From Marsupella aquatica (taxonomy: Eukaryota; Plantae; Marchantiophyta), in contig OZ316897.1 of NCBI GenBank assembly GCA_973895155.1, forward strand, positions 8,145,832 through 8,209,831: DNA of 64,000 bases, given 5' to 3'. Under the pieces are notes generated by a model, which worked only from the letters and a program-made list of their open reading frames with translations, searched no databases and had not been told where the DNA came from. Positions 1-11,520 of the stretch are shown here, one piece after another. The position numbers and the translations under genes were made by a program. Each line of letters opens with the position of its first letter. The first letter of the stretch is position 1.

Positions 1-860
1 GAAGACAGTAGAGTTGGCAGGAGATGCTATGTCTGAACCGGCTGCAATGGACAGAATACCGGCTGTGACTAACTGAGTACAGGCGGTAGCCAGTGCCCAC
101 CAATTTACATGTCACATTGCATTGACGACCATAAATGGTGTCATCGTAGTTAAAATTGGCAAATCATTGAGGTTCATCCCGGTTGTGAAAATCCATGTGA
201 GCATTTTGTCAAACATGGAGGTCCATCTGGGCTTCCTTTTCAGTGTCAATAAGGGTCTATTTTTCCAGGACCTTCCACATGCACCCAGTTTGAGCTGATG
301 GGCAAGTTTATGTGTTGTCGACACATAAACTCATCACATTACAGCTCCAAAAGCGGTCTAATGACGCATATTCCTCATTATTCCCCGACAGGTCCCAAAT
401 TCTCCCGAACCCCTTCCAGGCCCGTCCCAGGCTCCCCCGGACTCCCCCGGTTCAGCGAGCCGGTCGCCCGGTCGGGGCGGGGCCGGGACAACTGGGTGTC
501 CGGAGTGACGGGGTCCAGACCCCTGATTTGCCCCTCAAGGCCAAACCGGGCACAAGCAAGAGGGCCCCTATCCCTGGGATTCTCGTCCTGGCCTGTACTT
601 GAGCCCTTGTGCCCAAACCCCGGCACGGCGTGTTGGCCGACTGACCAGCGGATTCTACTGGAACAAATCGTATAAGAAGGCACAGACTCGCGAGCAGCTG
701 CAGTGTCCGGAGGGCTCCGGCTTCCGACCTCCGGAACTGGAGCTCCTCTCTCTCCCCTCTGTTGATCGTCCCCTCGAGCAAGCCGACCTCATGGAGCTCC
801 CCTGCTCGATGGAATTCCCTCCGCTCTTCTTCCCCTCCTGCCTCACCCACCGCCCGCATT

Positions 861-885
861 CTGCTGCTGCTGCTGCTGCTGCTGC
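861..885. repeat. (CTG)n microsatellite
   Basis: Eight CTG units directly visible. Confidence 0.95.
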
Positions 886-1042
886 GGTGGATGCTGTGCG
901 ACGATTCTCTCTCGCCTGAGCCGTGATTGATCGCTCACCGCTCGAACTAGAAACAGAAGAAGGCGACGAAGAAAGAAGATTTTGGAGACGGTTGTTGTCC
1001 AAGGAGAAGACGAATGTGTTTTGAAGCCTTGTGATCACAATC

Positions 1043-1100
1043 GAAGAAGAAGAAGAAGAATAGAAGAAGAAGAATAGAAGAAGACGAAGAAGAAGAGAAG
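1043..1100. repeat. Imperfect (GAA)n microsatellite
   Basis: gaagaagaagaagaagaatagaagaagaagaatagaag... Confidence 0.9.
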
Positions 1101-2104
1101 GAGAATGATGTATGTGGGAGTCTTTTGATTGATTGATGGCAAAGGAAGGAGGAGGAGGAGGAGGAGAAGTGGAAGGGGCGTTCGAGAAGAATGGGTGTGG
1201 AAGGCGTGGGATCTAGTGTTCGCGGAGAGGAGATGGAGAGAGTGGTGTGTTGGGAAAGAGAAAGTCAATTAGAGTAAGATTGAGATGGATGTTGGGGATT
1301 GATAGTAGACAGAGTCTGGCAAGGGAACGAAGACGATGAGGAGGAGGAATTAGAAGAGGAAGAAGAAGGGGCTTGAAGGAGAGCGGACCAGGGGAGGAGG
1401 GAGTATACAGGTCGGAGGTGCGGAGAAGAGGATAGGGAATCAATGAGGGAGGCGAACCTAGGCTAATGATTATTGCAGTGTTCGAGAGACGGAGCTGGCT
1501 GGCTGGCTGGCTGTTCTGCGTCTGAATGAGCAGGGGAGCTGCACTGGTTTGTTGTGGTTGTTGTTCTCGTGGGGATTGTGCCTCTGCTCATCGACCGTAA
1601 GGGGCATCTCTGACAATTTTGAATTGCAGTTGTTTGTTTGGCTCTCTTCATCGGAATTTTGTGTTGGTAGGGCGTCAGGGAGGATCAGCAATTTCGTAGA
1701 GGAGGAAGAACAGACGGCACTGGAGTTGCTGCTGCCGCTGTTGATTCGTTTATCAAAAATATCGCAGGATGCACGGAGTCGGACATCACGAGAGAATCAA
1801 TCGGCTTGTAGAAGGAAAGAGAACGAGCAAGGAACGAAGAGTCTGTTAGGGGGTATCGGCAGGAAAGTGGTGCAGGAGTAGCTGGAGACCACAGGAGGAG
1901 TAGCTGTAGGGAATTTGAGCTGGAGGTTGGCGATTGTGTGACCTTTGAGAAGGTGAGTCTTGTCCGCGCAACAGACGTTCCATCTCCACTCAGGGACGTG
2001 TGGAAGGAGTTGGAGGAGGAGGTCGCCTGTAAAATCCGTCGACAGAGGCCCGGATAAGGCTGGGATTGGCATTAGGGTGGTTGGTTGGCCTATAGGAAGG
2101 AAGA

Positions 2105-5100
2105 ATGAAACCGCTGCCCCCTCCTCCACCTCCGGCGATGGTGGGGAGCGAGGCAGGAGCCAGGCCTCCGGCGTCTTCATCGTCGTCAGTTGAAGCAAGC
2201 GCAGCTCTCTGTGAGCATGTCCAGCGGCAGGGTTTACAATGCCGCCTCTTTTCGGACATCACGCTCTCGTTCTGCGGAAAAGAGCATCAGTTGCATCGGA
2301 TAATTCTATCCCAAAGCTCCTACTTCCACTCCCTCCTCTCCGGGCCCTGGAGAGAGCATGGGAAATCCCGGATTGATCTCCAGATAGACGACCCGAATGT
2401 GACGGCAGAAGGTTTAGAGATCGCCTTCTCGTACATGTACGGTGTCAGTCCTGTTTTCACGGGGGGCAATGTGATTGCCGTCTTGGCCGCTGGCTGCTTT
2501 CTGTGCCTCGAGAACCTTTGCGACAAATGTGTGCAGTTCATTGTTGAGGATCTTAAGGTGGAGACGTTCGTGGGGTATCAACAAGTATCGGATAGGCACT
2601 GCTATGGGAGATTTGCGGATGCCATTCGCAATGCATGCTGGACATTCCTCTGTACTCATGCTTCGGGGGACCTGCTCCATATTTTACCCAAATTTCCTTT
2701 GCAGGTCTTTCTCTTCCTCTCCCTCTTTTTGCCCCCATTAGGGAGTCGTGGACTTGAAATTCATTCATTTGCTCTCTGGCATTCTCATGAGCTGCAAATT
2801 CCAGTCCTTCGTTCGTTGCAATTTCTAGTGAATGCAATTCTCTCTAATTCCTATCCGGCAATCTAAGGAAATCTTCCGAAATTGTATGGATAATTCTTTG
2901 CAAGCATGAATGCATGGAGCCGATGCATGTGAGAGAGGATACATATGAAAGATTGTTGTCAGGTAGAATCTGCTGAAGATCCCCAAAATGAGCGTCAATG
3001 TACCTGGTGTTAATTAAATGTACAGCACTGGTTTCGGAACGTCATCACTTGAGTACACAGCGGTCAGCTAGCAAGCCTGTGTAAGTTGTTTGTAGGCTGA
3101 GGTATTCACCTTATCAGGGTTCGTCCTCGAAGTGTGGTTTTCGCACCAGATAGTCCCTACGAGGTGATGGTATTCGGGCTTTCAGGGTTTCAGAGGATAG
3201 GGTTGACATTCCCGTATGCTAAAGTCTGGTAGTTTGGTACGAGGAAATCATTGACAGGCGTGCCGTTCAGCGGTTCTCATGATTAAATGAAGTTGATGAA
3301 AGCTTCGAATTTTTGATACCCGAATCTAAAAAGGCACAAGGAATGCACGGTTATTTGGATCTCTCAAAGCAATTAGACGCAAGTATAGTTAGGTGTTGCT
3401 ATCTCTGCACCGAGTCACGTATACGTATTCCCAGATCGCTGGACAAATTGTTCCATCTTGCAAAAACGTGCATATCTCATTTAAACCTTTCTTTGTCATT
3501 AAGTCTTATCGTAATTGTGTATCCGATGATTTTTCCAAACAATGGATCCAACGACTATTTGTCCTGTATCTTTTCTGGCCACGGAGGTCACGTGGTTTAT
3601 ATGTCTGCAACATGTGACTATTGTCCCTCTAAAACCTCGTAATCTTTATTCTCCCCGTATGAATTGAATAGTATTCTTGGTCTGTTTCTCTGTGCCTCCA
3701 TCTTGGCTTTTGTTACAGATGATTATGACCTGTGCAAATCGTCAGTGCTCTTTCACGTAGATCTCGGTCAACTCTTTCAATTTGACTCATCAGAGCTTTC
3801 CTTCTTGTGGTTCATTACAGGTGCTGTGTCTTTTATTGAAGTCGGATGAGCTATGGGTGTTGAGTGAGTCCGAGCGGTACCGCCTATCAAAGCAGGCTTT
3901 GATCGAGTGGAAACTAGCTCGGGTCAAGTCTACAAGCGATTCATCTGATTGTATAAACCAAAAGAGGCCACGATTGAAACCTTCCTCAGCCAGGAAGAAA
4001 GCAAGGAGTGCGCATTTAGCAGGGACAAGAGTTAAGAACCACACACAGAAAGCTGCTCGGATGAGCTTAAAGCAGAAAGCGGGGAGAAGGAAAGAGCTGG
4101 CAGTGGTTGCAGCAGATGAGGAGGAGCCTGCTAGTCCATCGCGAGAGGAAGATCTAGAAACGGATTTGAGAAGGTTGCAACGGTTATGGGACGCTGATGA
4201 TCCAGCAGACAGAAATAAGGAAGACTCCTTTCAATTGGTGGCTGACCTGTTTACTGGCGGGGGGATCATATATGCTCACATGGAGGCAGATGAGGTCCTT
4301 CAGGCTAAGAAAGAACTTGAGGATGCTGGCTTACCCACAGATGCGGCTAATGATAGTATCTGGCAACATGTGTTACTCAAGTCTCGTGTTCTCAAGGTTA
4401 GATTTCTTGCTGACAATTGGAACAGAGTCTTACTCACATATGTGACTGTCTGCTCCGCTGTTGTTAAGCCTTTTCTCGACTGGACGAGTCTGGGATCAAC
4501 TCTGTAGAGCTTGGTGCGAGGGTGATTCCCACAAAACTTATTGTTTTGGGGTTGACATGAGCTGGGGTAACAGCAGTGTCCCCTAAATTACTAGAGCTAA
4601 GTCCATGTCTAGATTGACTCATGCATGCGTGCAAACACTTCTCCTTTCGCTATCATGCCATTCTGTGGTTATTTCCTTGCTTCAAAGGACGGAAAATTGA
4701 ATTTTAGTATTGGTTAATATATTTGGTTCACGGTTTAGAACAAGATACTAGCAGTCTTTTGCAATCATTTAGAGATCGGCCTTGGTTTTGGCAGAGTCGG
4801 GACACTCACAATCTGCCAGATGATTCATCCGACGATGAGGATGATGATGAGATGGATGACGATGAGGATGATGATGACTATGATGAGGTTAGTGGTAAGC
4901 AGTTGCAAATGTTTCTTTGCTAGGAAATGAAGACATTGTCGTGTATGTTCTACTTCGTCGGTAAAAACAACCATATGCACCAGTAAAATTTTGGCATTTT
5001 GGACTGATGTATTTGCAAAAATCTCAGCTCTACAAATTTGTTGAAGAAAGCTGTTCAGAGCTTCTTGTTTCTGCTCACTTCGCAAAAGAACCATAGCTAC

Positions 5101-6263
5101 CTAGTTCTAAAAATACTTCAAACGTCGTATCGCAAAGTCGCAATAACCAGCGTCTGCCTGCTGCATTATGAAAACAATGATCAGGTTGGTGAGGAAGATG
5201 ATGACGTAAGTAGCGACGATGACTCATCGGACTCAGATGGATGGAGCACTGACCACAGCTCACAAGCAGAAGCTGATGATGAGAGCAACAGCAGTGATGC
5301 GGTGGCAGGGTTTAGTGGGCAGGTAATGTGCACATCTCTTCCTCTTTGTCTCATGGTCTTTTACAAACATCTCTCAGATTGTGACGTGATGATTTGTGTA
5401 ACAGCACTCAGGTAAAGAAGCCATGCAGTAACTTCAAAATCAATTTTACAGAGTGTTTGGCTAACCTTTGTTGTCATACACTAGTGAGAAAAAGCTAGCG
5501 ACATCCCTCAGTGTACATCAATGATTTATGTGATCTATAATCATGAAGCAGTGCTGGTTGCTTCTTGGGTTCGTAGTGTCTGGTCTCGCATGAATTGGCG
5601 TTGAGCTTTCTCGTCTAGTTGATAATGATTCAAATATAAATTCCATTTAGGTGTACCGGGTAACTCATGGCTTTCACATATATGCTGCAGGGCAGTAAAA
5701 GGCTTAAGACGCAATCTACTTCACTCGTCAGCTTCTCATATACGGATTCAGTTGCGCTAGGAGAGACTTTAGGATGTGGGGATGGAAAGCGGAGGAGAAC
5801 TACTGGAGGTTTCACATGGGCCGTTAAACCGGATGTTGGGATGCAGCTCTCGGACTTTCCACCCTTTAGATTTGGAGCTGAGTTTATTCTCAAAGACAAG
5901 CGTTGGACTACGTGTGATGAGATGAAGTCAAGCGAAGTATTTTATGGGGGCTCTATGTGGAGGATCGTTGGTTCTAATCTTAATCAAGAAAAAGAAGACT
6001 GGGTATTTGGTGTACAATGCCGGCCTCTTGACAGTTGGGAGCCACATACATACCAGGACAACCGTAAAAAGGTCCCCTTCAAGGCTAAACTTTATGTCAA
6101 AACTAGCCAAGGATTAAGGTGTGTCACTGGGACTGCAGTGCGCAAGATGCAGCACCACAGCTCTCAAATACGCCACTCTGTCAGCATACACTTGTCACGG
6201 AAAGATATTGTAGAGAACGACCCCCTTCGAATATCAACCGTAGTACATCTGATTGATGATTAA
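2105..6263 (+). CDS. BTB/POZ-domain protein, germ-cell-less (GMCL1/BTBD16)-like plant family, with acidic linker and C-terminal MATH-like domain; putative CUL3 adaptor; 5 exons, 659 aa
   Basis: Exons 2105-2704, 3821-4396, 4795-4887, 5185-5322 and 5691-6263. All introns are GT..AG, phase 0, and join ORF-track frames. BTB motif: FSDITLSFCGKEHQLHRIILSQSSYFHSLLSGPWRE..IDDPNVTAEGLEIAFSYMYG. BACK-like segment: LKSDELWVLSESERY. C-terminus: FPPFRFGAEF..SSEVFYGGSMW. Confidence 0.88.
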
Positions 6264-6824
6264 GGATGAGACTGTCCCTGCCAGAATTTTCCAAGGGTCT
6301 CTCGGTACATATACAAAAGGGATCACTGGAGGATCACAGGATACTGTTTATAGTACTTACAAGATTGGAGGCATGGATTGTGCAGGATTTGCCCATATGT
6401 TGACTACCCTCTTTCAAAAGATCAACTCAGGGAATGGACCACTTACTGTCGAGGATATCCGTTAGGTAGAGACGTGCGGCAGGTCTAAATTTAGATGTAC
6501 TAATGCTGCAGTGGCTTTCATAGGTTCCGGTTAGAACTCCAATTCCGAGGATGGCTGGCTACAAACCAGAGTTAGAGATGGGGGGCCAGAGAGTGGAAGG
6601 GAGACGTTCATTTACGACTACGGCACATTGTGGTCGTAGGAATAACAAAAAGGCAATTTGGCCCAGCTGAGTGAGCATGGTAGAGTAAGCAGACGGGTGT
6701 TGAGCAATTGCAACTTGTAATTTTGACCCACATTGACTATCACTTATGGTCAGACCCACATAGCGTCCTCCTTGTCGTCCTGGGTTTTACCTACTTATCA
6801 TTGGGATTTCTGCTCAGGGTGAAT

Positions 6825-7260
6825 CAGAGATTATTTTCTGTTAAGGGTGAAAGAAGTTGTAGTATTTAATGTGTGGGTCCTGGGATCAATCTCAGCTCTC
6901 GGCTATATTCGAGTTCATGCTTGTCATGGGGATTTCTTCTCTAAGGTGCAGAGGTAGTTTATGTGGAGGGTGCAGAACCATGGTAGTATGAGGTATCAAT
7001 CTCTCCATTAAGCTATGTTCCAGTTCATCCTTATCATTGAGACTTCTGCTCAAAGGGCGCATGAGAGATAATACCGAGGGTGAAAAAAGTGGTAGTATGT
7101 TATGTGTGGGTCCTGGGATCAATCTCAGCTCTCGGCTATATTCGAGTTCATGCTTATCATGGGGATTTCTGCAGAGATATTTTCTGTCAAGGATGCAGAA
7201 CCATGGTAGTATGTAATTTGCGGGTCCTTCTGGGATAAATGTCTGCTCTCAGCTGCATTC
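6825..7260. repeat. Local duplication downstream of the BTB gene (~79-bp near-identical core at 6859 and 7092, plus a partial third copy)
   Basis: atgtgtgggtcctgggatcaatctcagctctcggctatattcgagttcatgctt(g/a)tcatggggatttct occurs twice; gcagaaccatggtagtatg also occurs twice. Confidence 0.9.
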
Positions 7261-7849
7261 CAAATGCCCCATGAGAATGCTTGAACGGAACGTCATCAGG
7301 AGTCAAAAGGAAAGGCCCATTCCAGATCGGATGGGTCCCAAGCACCTTGCAACTATTTTGTCAAAAAGTTTGGAATTGGTGACGTGATTCCAGGGTCCAC
7401 AAGATACACCCAAGCTGGGGAGCGAAAGACTACAACCAGGCAAGCGTGTTTTTCTGTGAAAGTGGCCAAGTGTGGTTCCTACGAGTGCTCATGTAAGGCA
7501 CAGGAAAAGAGAGAAAAAGGTGGCCAATTGGCCAATCAATTGTTACCATGTTCAAGATAGCTCTGACCCTTTAGTGCCACACTATGTAGTGGTGCAAAGA
7601 TAACGGCAAAGAAACCCTTGAAGATTGAGGAAAGGCTGCCATTGCCTTTCCTTGGATTTAAAATGAGGGAAACCAAACCTGGAAACCCAACCCCTTGCAA
7701 CCAGGGTCAAGCATTGGGGTCTGGGAAACCAAGGCTGCCAAAGCAACCTTGTGCGACCAGGGTCAAGCATTTGGGTCTGCCAAACTAAGGCTGCCATCGA
7801 AATGTGGGTACTGGATGTATGCCCTGGACAGGATGTAATCATGCCCAAC

Positions 7850-8250
7850 AATAGTCTTGTCTTGTCTTGTCTTGTAGGATACTCGTTAGTATGGGCAAAT
7901 ACACAATCCTTTTTAATTCTGGAGCCAAGTGAGGGCTCAAGGATGTTATATTGTTGTCCACCTATTTTTCTGATTATCAACTCATGGCTGATGTCCACTC
8001 CTGTTGCCATACCAATACCAAGAAAATGCCTTGATCTGGGTACATACGCAGCCCTCTATTAATCCTCTCCCTATCTTTCAATCTGTCCGTCCTGAAAAAC
8101 GAAGGTTATTTGTTTGTTCAAAAGGGAAAATCAAGACATGTTGAAACAAGTTTAGATGCTGAATTAATAGCAAGTCTGAGATGCTTCTGACCTAAGAGTT
8201 GCTGGCGTCCGCCAGGCTGCAAAAATATTCTACTCAATAGGGGTGATGCT
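7850..8250 (-). mobile_element. Decayed L1-like RT fragment
   Basis: In order on the - strand: SLADA (~8210), EAS(R)LAINS with a frameshift (~8175) and RHFLGIGMATGVD (~8020), resembling FADD / SGLxIN / YLG motifs. Confidence 0.3.
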
Positions 8251-10508
8251 TTTGGGAGCAATTTGGTTATGTTTTCCAACTAATAGGCAAGTTGGGATGT
8301 AAACATGCTAAGAGACAAAGCAACCACATTGGGTTGGATCTACAGTATACTGCCCCTACTTTAGCACTTTGGAAATATTTTATTTACTTATTTTCCAAAA
8401 AGGCATCAAAGGCCAAAAAATCAAACACGGACAGGAAAACCCAAAGTATGCACTTAGGAACTAATGCATTCTAAGGATATGGAGTATAGAGATCAGCTCC
8501 TTGAACATTTTCCTAGTACCTTTGAATTCTCACCTCAACCCAATGCATGACCCTTCATCCTTTGCAATTCTATGGTGTAGAATTTTGACTTCTGTCCTAG
8601 TATGAAAATGTATTTTTCCCATGCTCATGCCCATGGCTTTTAGGAAATTTACTCTAGTTAAACTAGTCTAACCTTGGTTACTTCAGGTTAATAACCCTAG
8701 TAAACTCTGTAAGCTATCTAGTGTAAAGCAAATTCCCTTTCACCAAACATATGCACTAACAAGGCAGAGAATTAATTACACACTTATGTGATATAATAAA
8801 GTCATAGGAACAAACCTGGTTCCCCAAAATTATGTGCTGGTGTGTGCATACAGTCTATTGCTAATTGGATTGTAAACAAATATTAAAGACCTCTTGATAC
8901 TAACCTGTCCTCACAACTATTTGATTGTCACCCATTTTTGTATATGTGGTTAAGTATTTTGTTGTAGGGTAGTTAACCCTCAGGGAGGTCCACTATGTAT
9001 AGGGTCATATATCACGTACGACGGTTTGGGTTATTTATGACCTCCTTAATCTCTTTAAATAAAGTTGTATGAATCATCTGATGACACTATACATTTTGCA
9101 ATTAAAAAACTCTGTATCTCCTCTAACAACCTAATAAGTCTTTCTCAAGTGATAAAATGACCTTCTATATTGTTGCATGTGATCTGCCACTCCATGAAAG
9201 TGTCCCCTCAAGAGTTAACCCAAGGTCACCTGGGATTTAGCCCCATGTCATGTGGTGAGGCAACAATTACAATATGTGGCGAGGGCACATATACAAAATG
9301 GAGGACAATGCGACTGGGGTCACTATATGGAGGTCATTTATAACATGCATGGGTTATTATGATACTCTGAACTATAAATTAAGTTATATCATCTATGACA
9401 CATGATATTCGTCACTTAGTACACCTTTCCTTCCCACTAAGTTGTTTTAAAATCTTCTAAAAAATGGCTTTCAAGTCCCGATACTTTTGTCACATTTGAT
9501 GACTCACTTCCATGGAAGTGACCCCCCAAACGTGAGAATGAAAATAGTTGGGGGACATGATAGTAAACAATGGATTATAGAAAAGGCTAAAATAATTAGA
9601 AAGTTCCTTTGACTAAACTGGATGCTGCAGTTAGGGAATTTTGAAACAAATCCGGATTTCCAAAGACAAATCCGGATTTCCAAAGCCATTTCCGTGACTG
9701 CAAATCCGGTCTTTCTCAAGGGATATCATGAGCATCTCATGCACAACCATTGGTCTGAACATGTCTGAACATTGACTAACCCATTGAGTGTGGATATGTT
9801 GAACCCCCACTTCTTGCAACTTAAGCTGTAGGAGGACAAATGGTCACTTTTTGCCCACTGTTTTACTTTGAACATTGTTGACTAATCATGATGTCTTGGA
9901 TCCACAGGTTTTGAAAATGGACAGTGGGGGACCAAAAATTGATCAACTGCACGAGGTTTGAACATTGACCAGCTGCGCACCACCAAGTAAAAAATCAAAA
10001 ATAAAGTCATTGGGTGCAAAACAGAAACTTCCTTTTGCTAAAATATAAGCACCCTTTTTTTGTATAAGTGTTCAGGGGTTTGGTGTCAAAGCATGGGCGT
10101 CCCAAAGTCAAATGTTGTGGTCCACCTGAGCATCAACTTCCCATACTAACTTCCCATACTAAAGTATCACCGTTTAGGCATTCAGGTGAACTTGGGCCCT
10201 CTCTGGAAAGATGGAGACAGAAAAATAAGTTTCCGAGAAAGAACAGGAACCCAACAACAAAGACAAAGAGGGTGTAGTTGAATTCCAAGAAACCAAGACA
10301 GTAGCTAGCCTAGGAGTTAAAACCAAGAAAACCAGCATTTTTTCAGTGGCTGGATTTTCTGGGCCTGGGTCTCACAGGCCAGTTCTGCACAAAGCCATGG
10401 GGCCTACTAGCCAAAATCTGAAGGCTCTTTTGAAATCTAGGGAGATCTAAGCCGTCAAAATAAATCTGTATACTTCAGATAAATATTCCTCCTGGACTAT
10501 TGTGCCAA

Positions 10509-10646
10509 TAGACCCTAGATGCAAAAGCTCCCATAGACCCTAGATGCAAGTTCCCGTAGACCCTAGATGCAAAAGCTCCCATAGACCCTAGATGCAAGTT
10601 CCCGTAGACCCTAGATGCAAGTTCCCATAGACACCAGATGCAAGTT
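10509..10646. repeat. Minisatellite of alternating 25/23-bp units (6 copies)
   Basis: tagaccctagatgcaa core at 10509, 10534, 10557, 10582, 10605 and 10628 (last copy degenerate), followed by aagctccca or gttccc(g/a). Confidence 0.95.
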
Positions 10647-11189
10647 AGGAGTACTCTTTGTGACATTCTGAGTAGAATGTGGTTCATCCAGGTTACCAAG
10701 TCTGGGCCAAATCTAAAAGAATTCTCTAGAATTTTTGAGACCTACAATTATCCCAGAGAATTTAGAGAGTAGCAAAACACAACTTAGGTAAATTGAAAAC
10801 CAATTTGGCAACCTAAAGAATTTACCTAGGTTGTATTTTGGTAACCAAACATTGAAAAATGCAACTTGATCGCTTACATCAGAGGGTCATCACTTGCTTT
10901 GCTACTAAAATCTCACTTTTGAATTCCATCTAAAATGCAGGTGATCCTTTTCCTTTTCAACGTAAACACTCTAATCAATTTACACGATCCATGGGGATGG
11001 GCAAGAAGAACCTCTCAGAAATTCTTAGTGGTGAAATTTTTGCTAGATTTCACCTCTCCAAAGTGCCAACGTTTGGTCACTTTTGGCAGAAATTGGGTAG
11101 GTTTTATGTCTCGTATTAGCCAGTTACCCACCTAGTCACAGACCCCACGAGCCATAATCAATGGACATCCTTCAATCCAGGGAGACCTG

Positions 11190-11520
11190 TTCATCAGAAA
11201 AGTAACATGGTATCAAAACCAGATAAGGAACATTCTTGGCATCTTCTGCTTTGTATAGGGTGACATTTGCCATTGGCACAATAGTAAGTTAAGTGGGTCC
11301 CATATAGACCCTTGAGATCTGCACTGAGGGATCCCTGGAAAGTCATAAATGGCACTCTCAGGCTATCTGCTCCCCTGCCCTCTGTTGCTGTCCGACCTTT
11401 GGGCACAAGATATCAAGATAAATACGAAAATCGAAAGCACTATAAAGGTGGATTTACAAGACCTTATGGGCAATCTGAGTGTTGTTTTTTTTACCAAAGC
11501 TGATCTATTTTATCATTTTA
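11190..11520 (-). mobile_element. Possible decayed LINE RT fragment
   Basis: In order on the - strand: YSAFD (~11435), a QGDPLS-like motif requiring one indel (~11330) and FDTMLLF (~11205). The match is weak. Confidence 0.25.

Noticed and set aside
298-1038. Overlapping 96-135-aa ORFs on both strands
   Set aside because: They are explained by GC-rich and microsatellite sequence. There is no recognisable domain and several begin at non-ATG codons.
10509-10646. CRISPR-like repeat-spacer appearance
   Set aside because: The linkers are only 7-9 bp and are themselves repeated. The context is eukaryotic and there are no cas genes.
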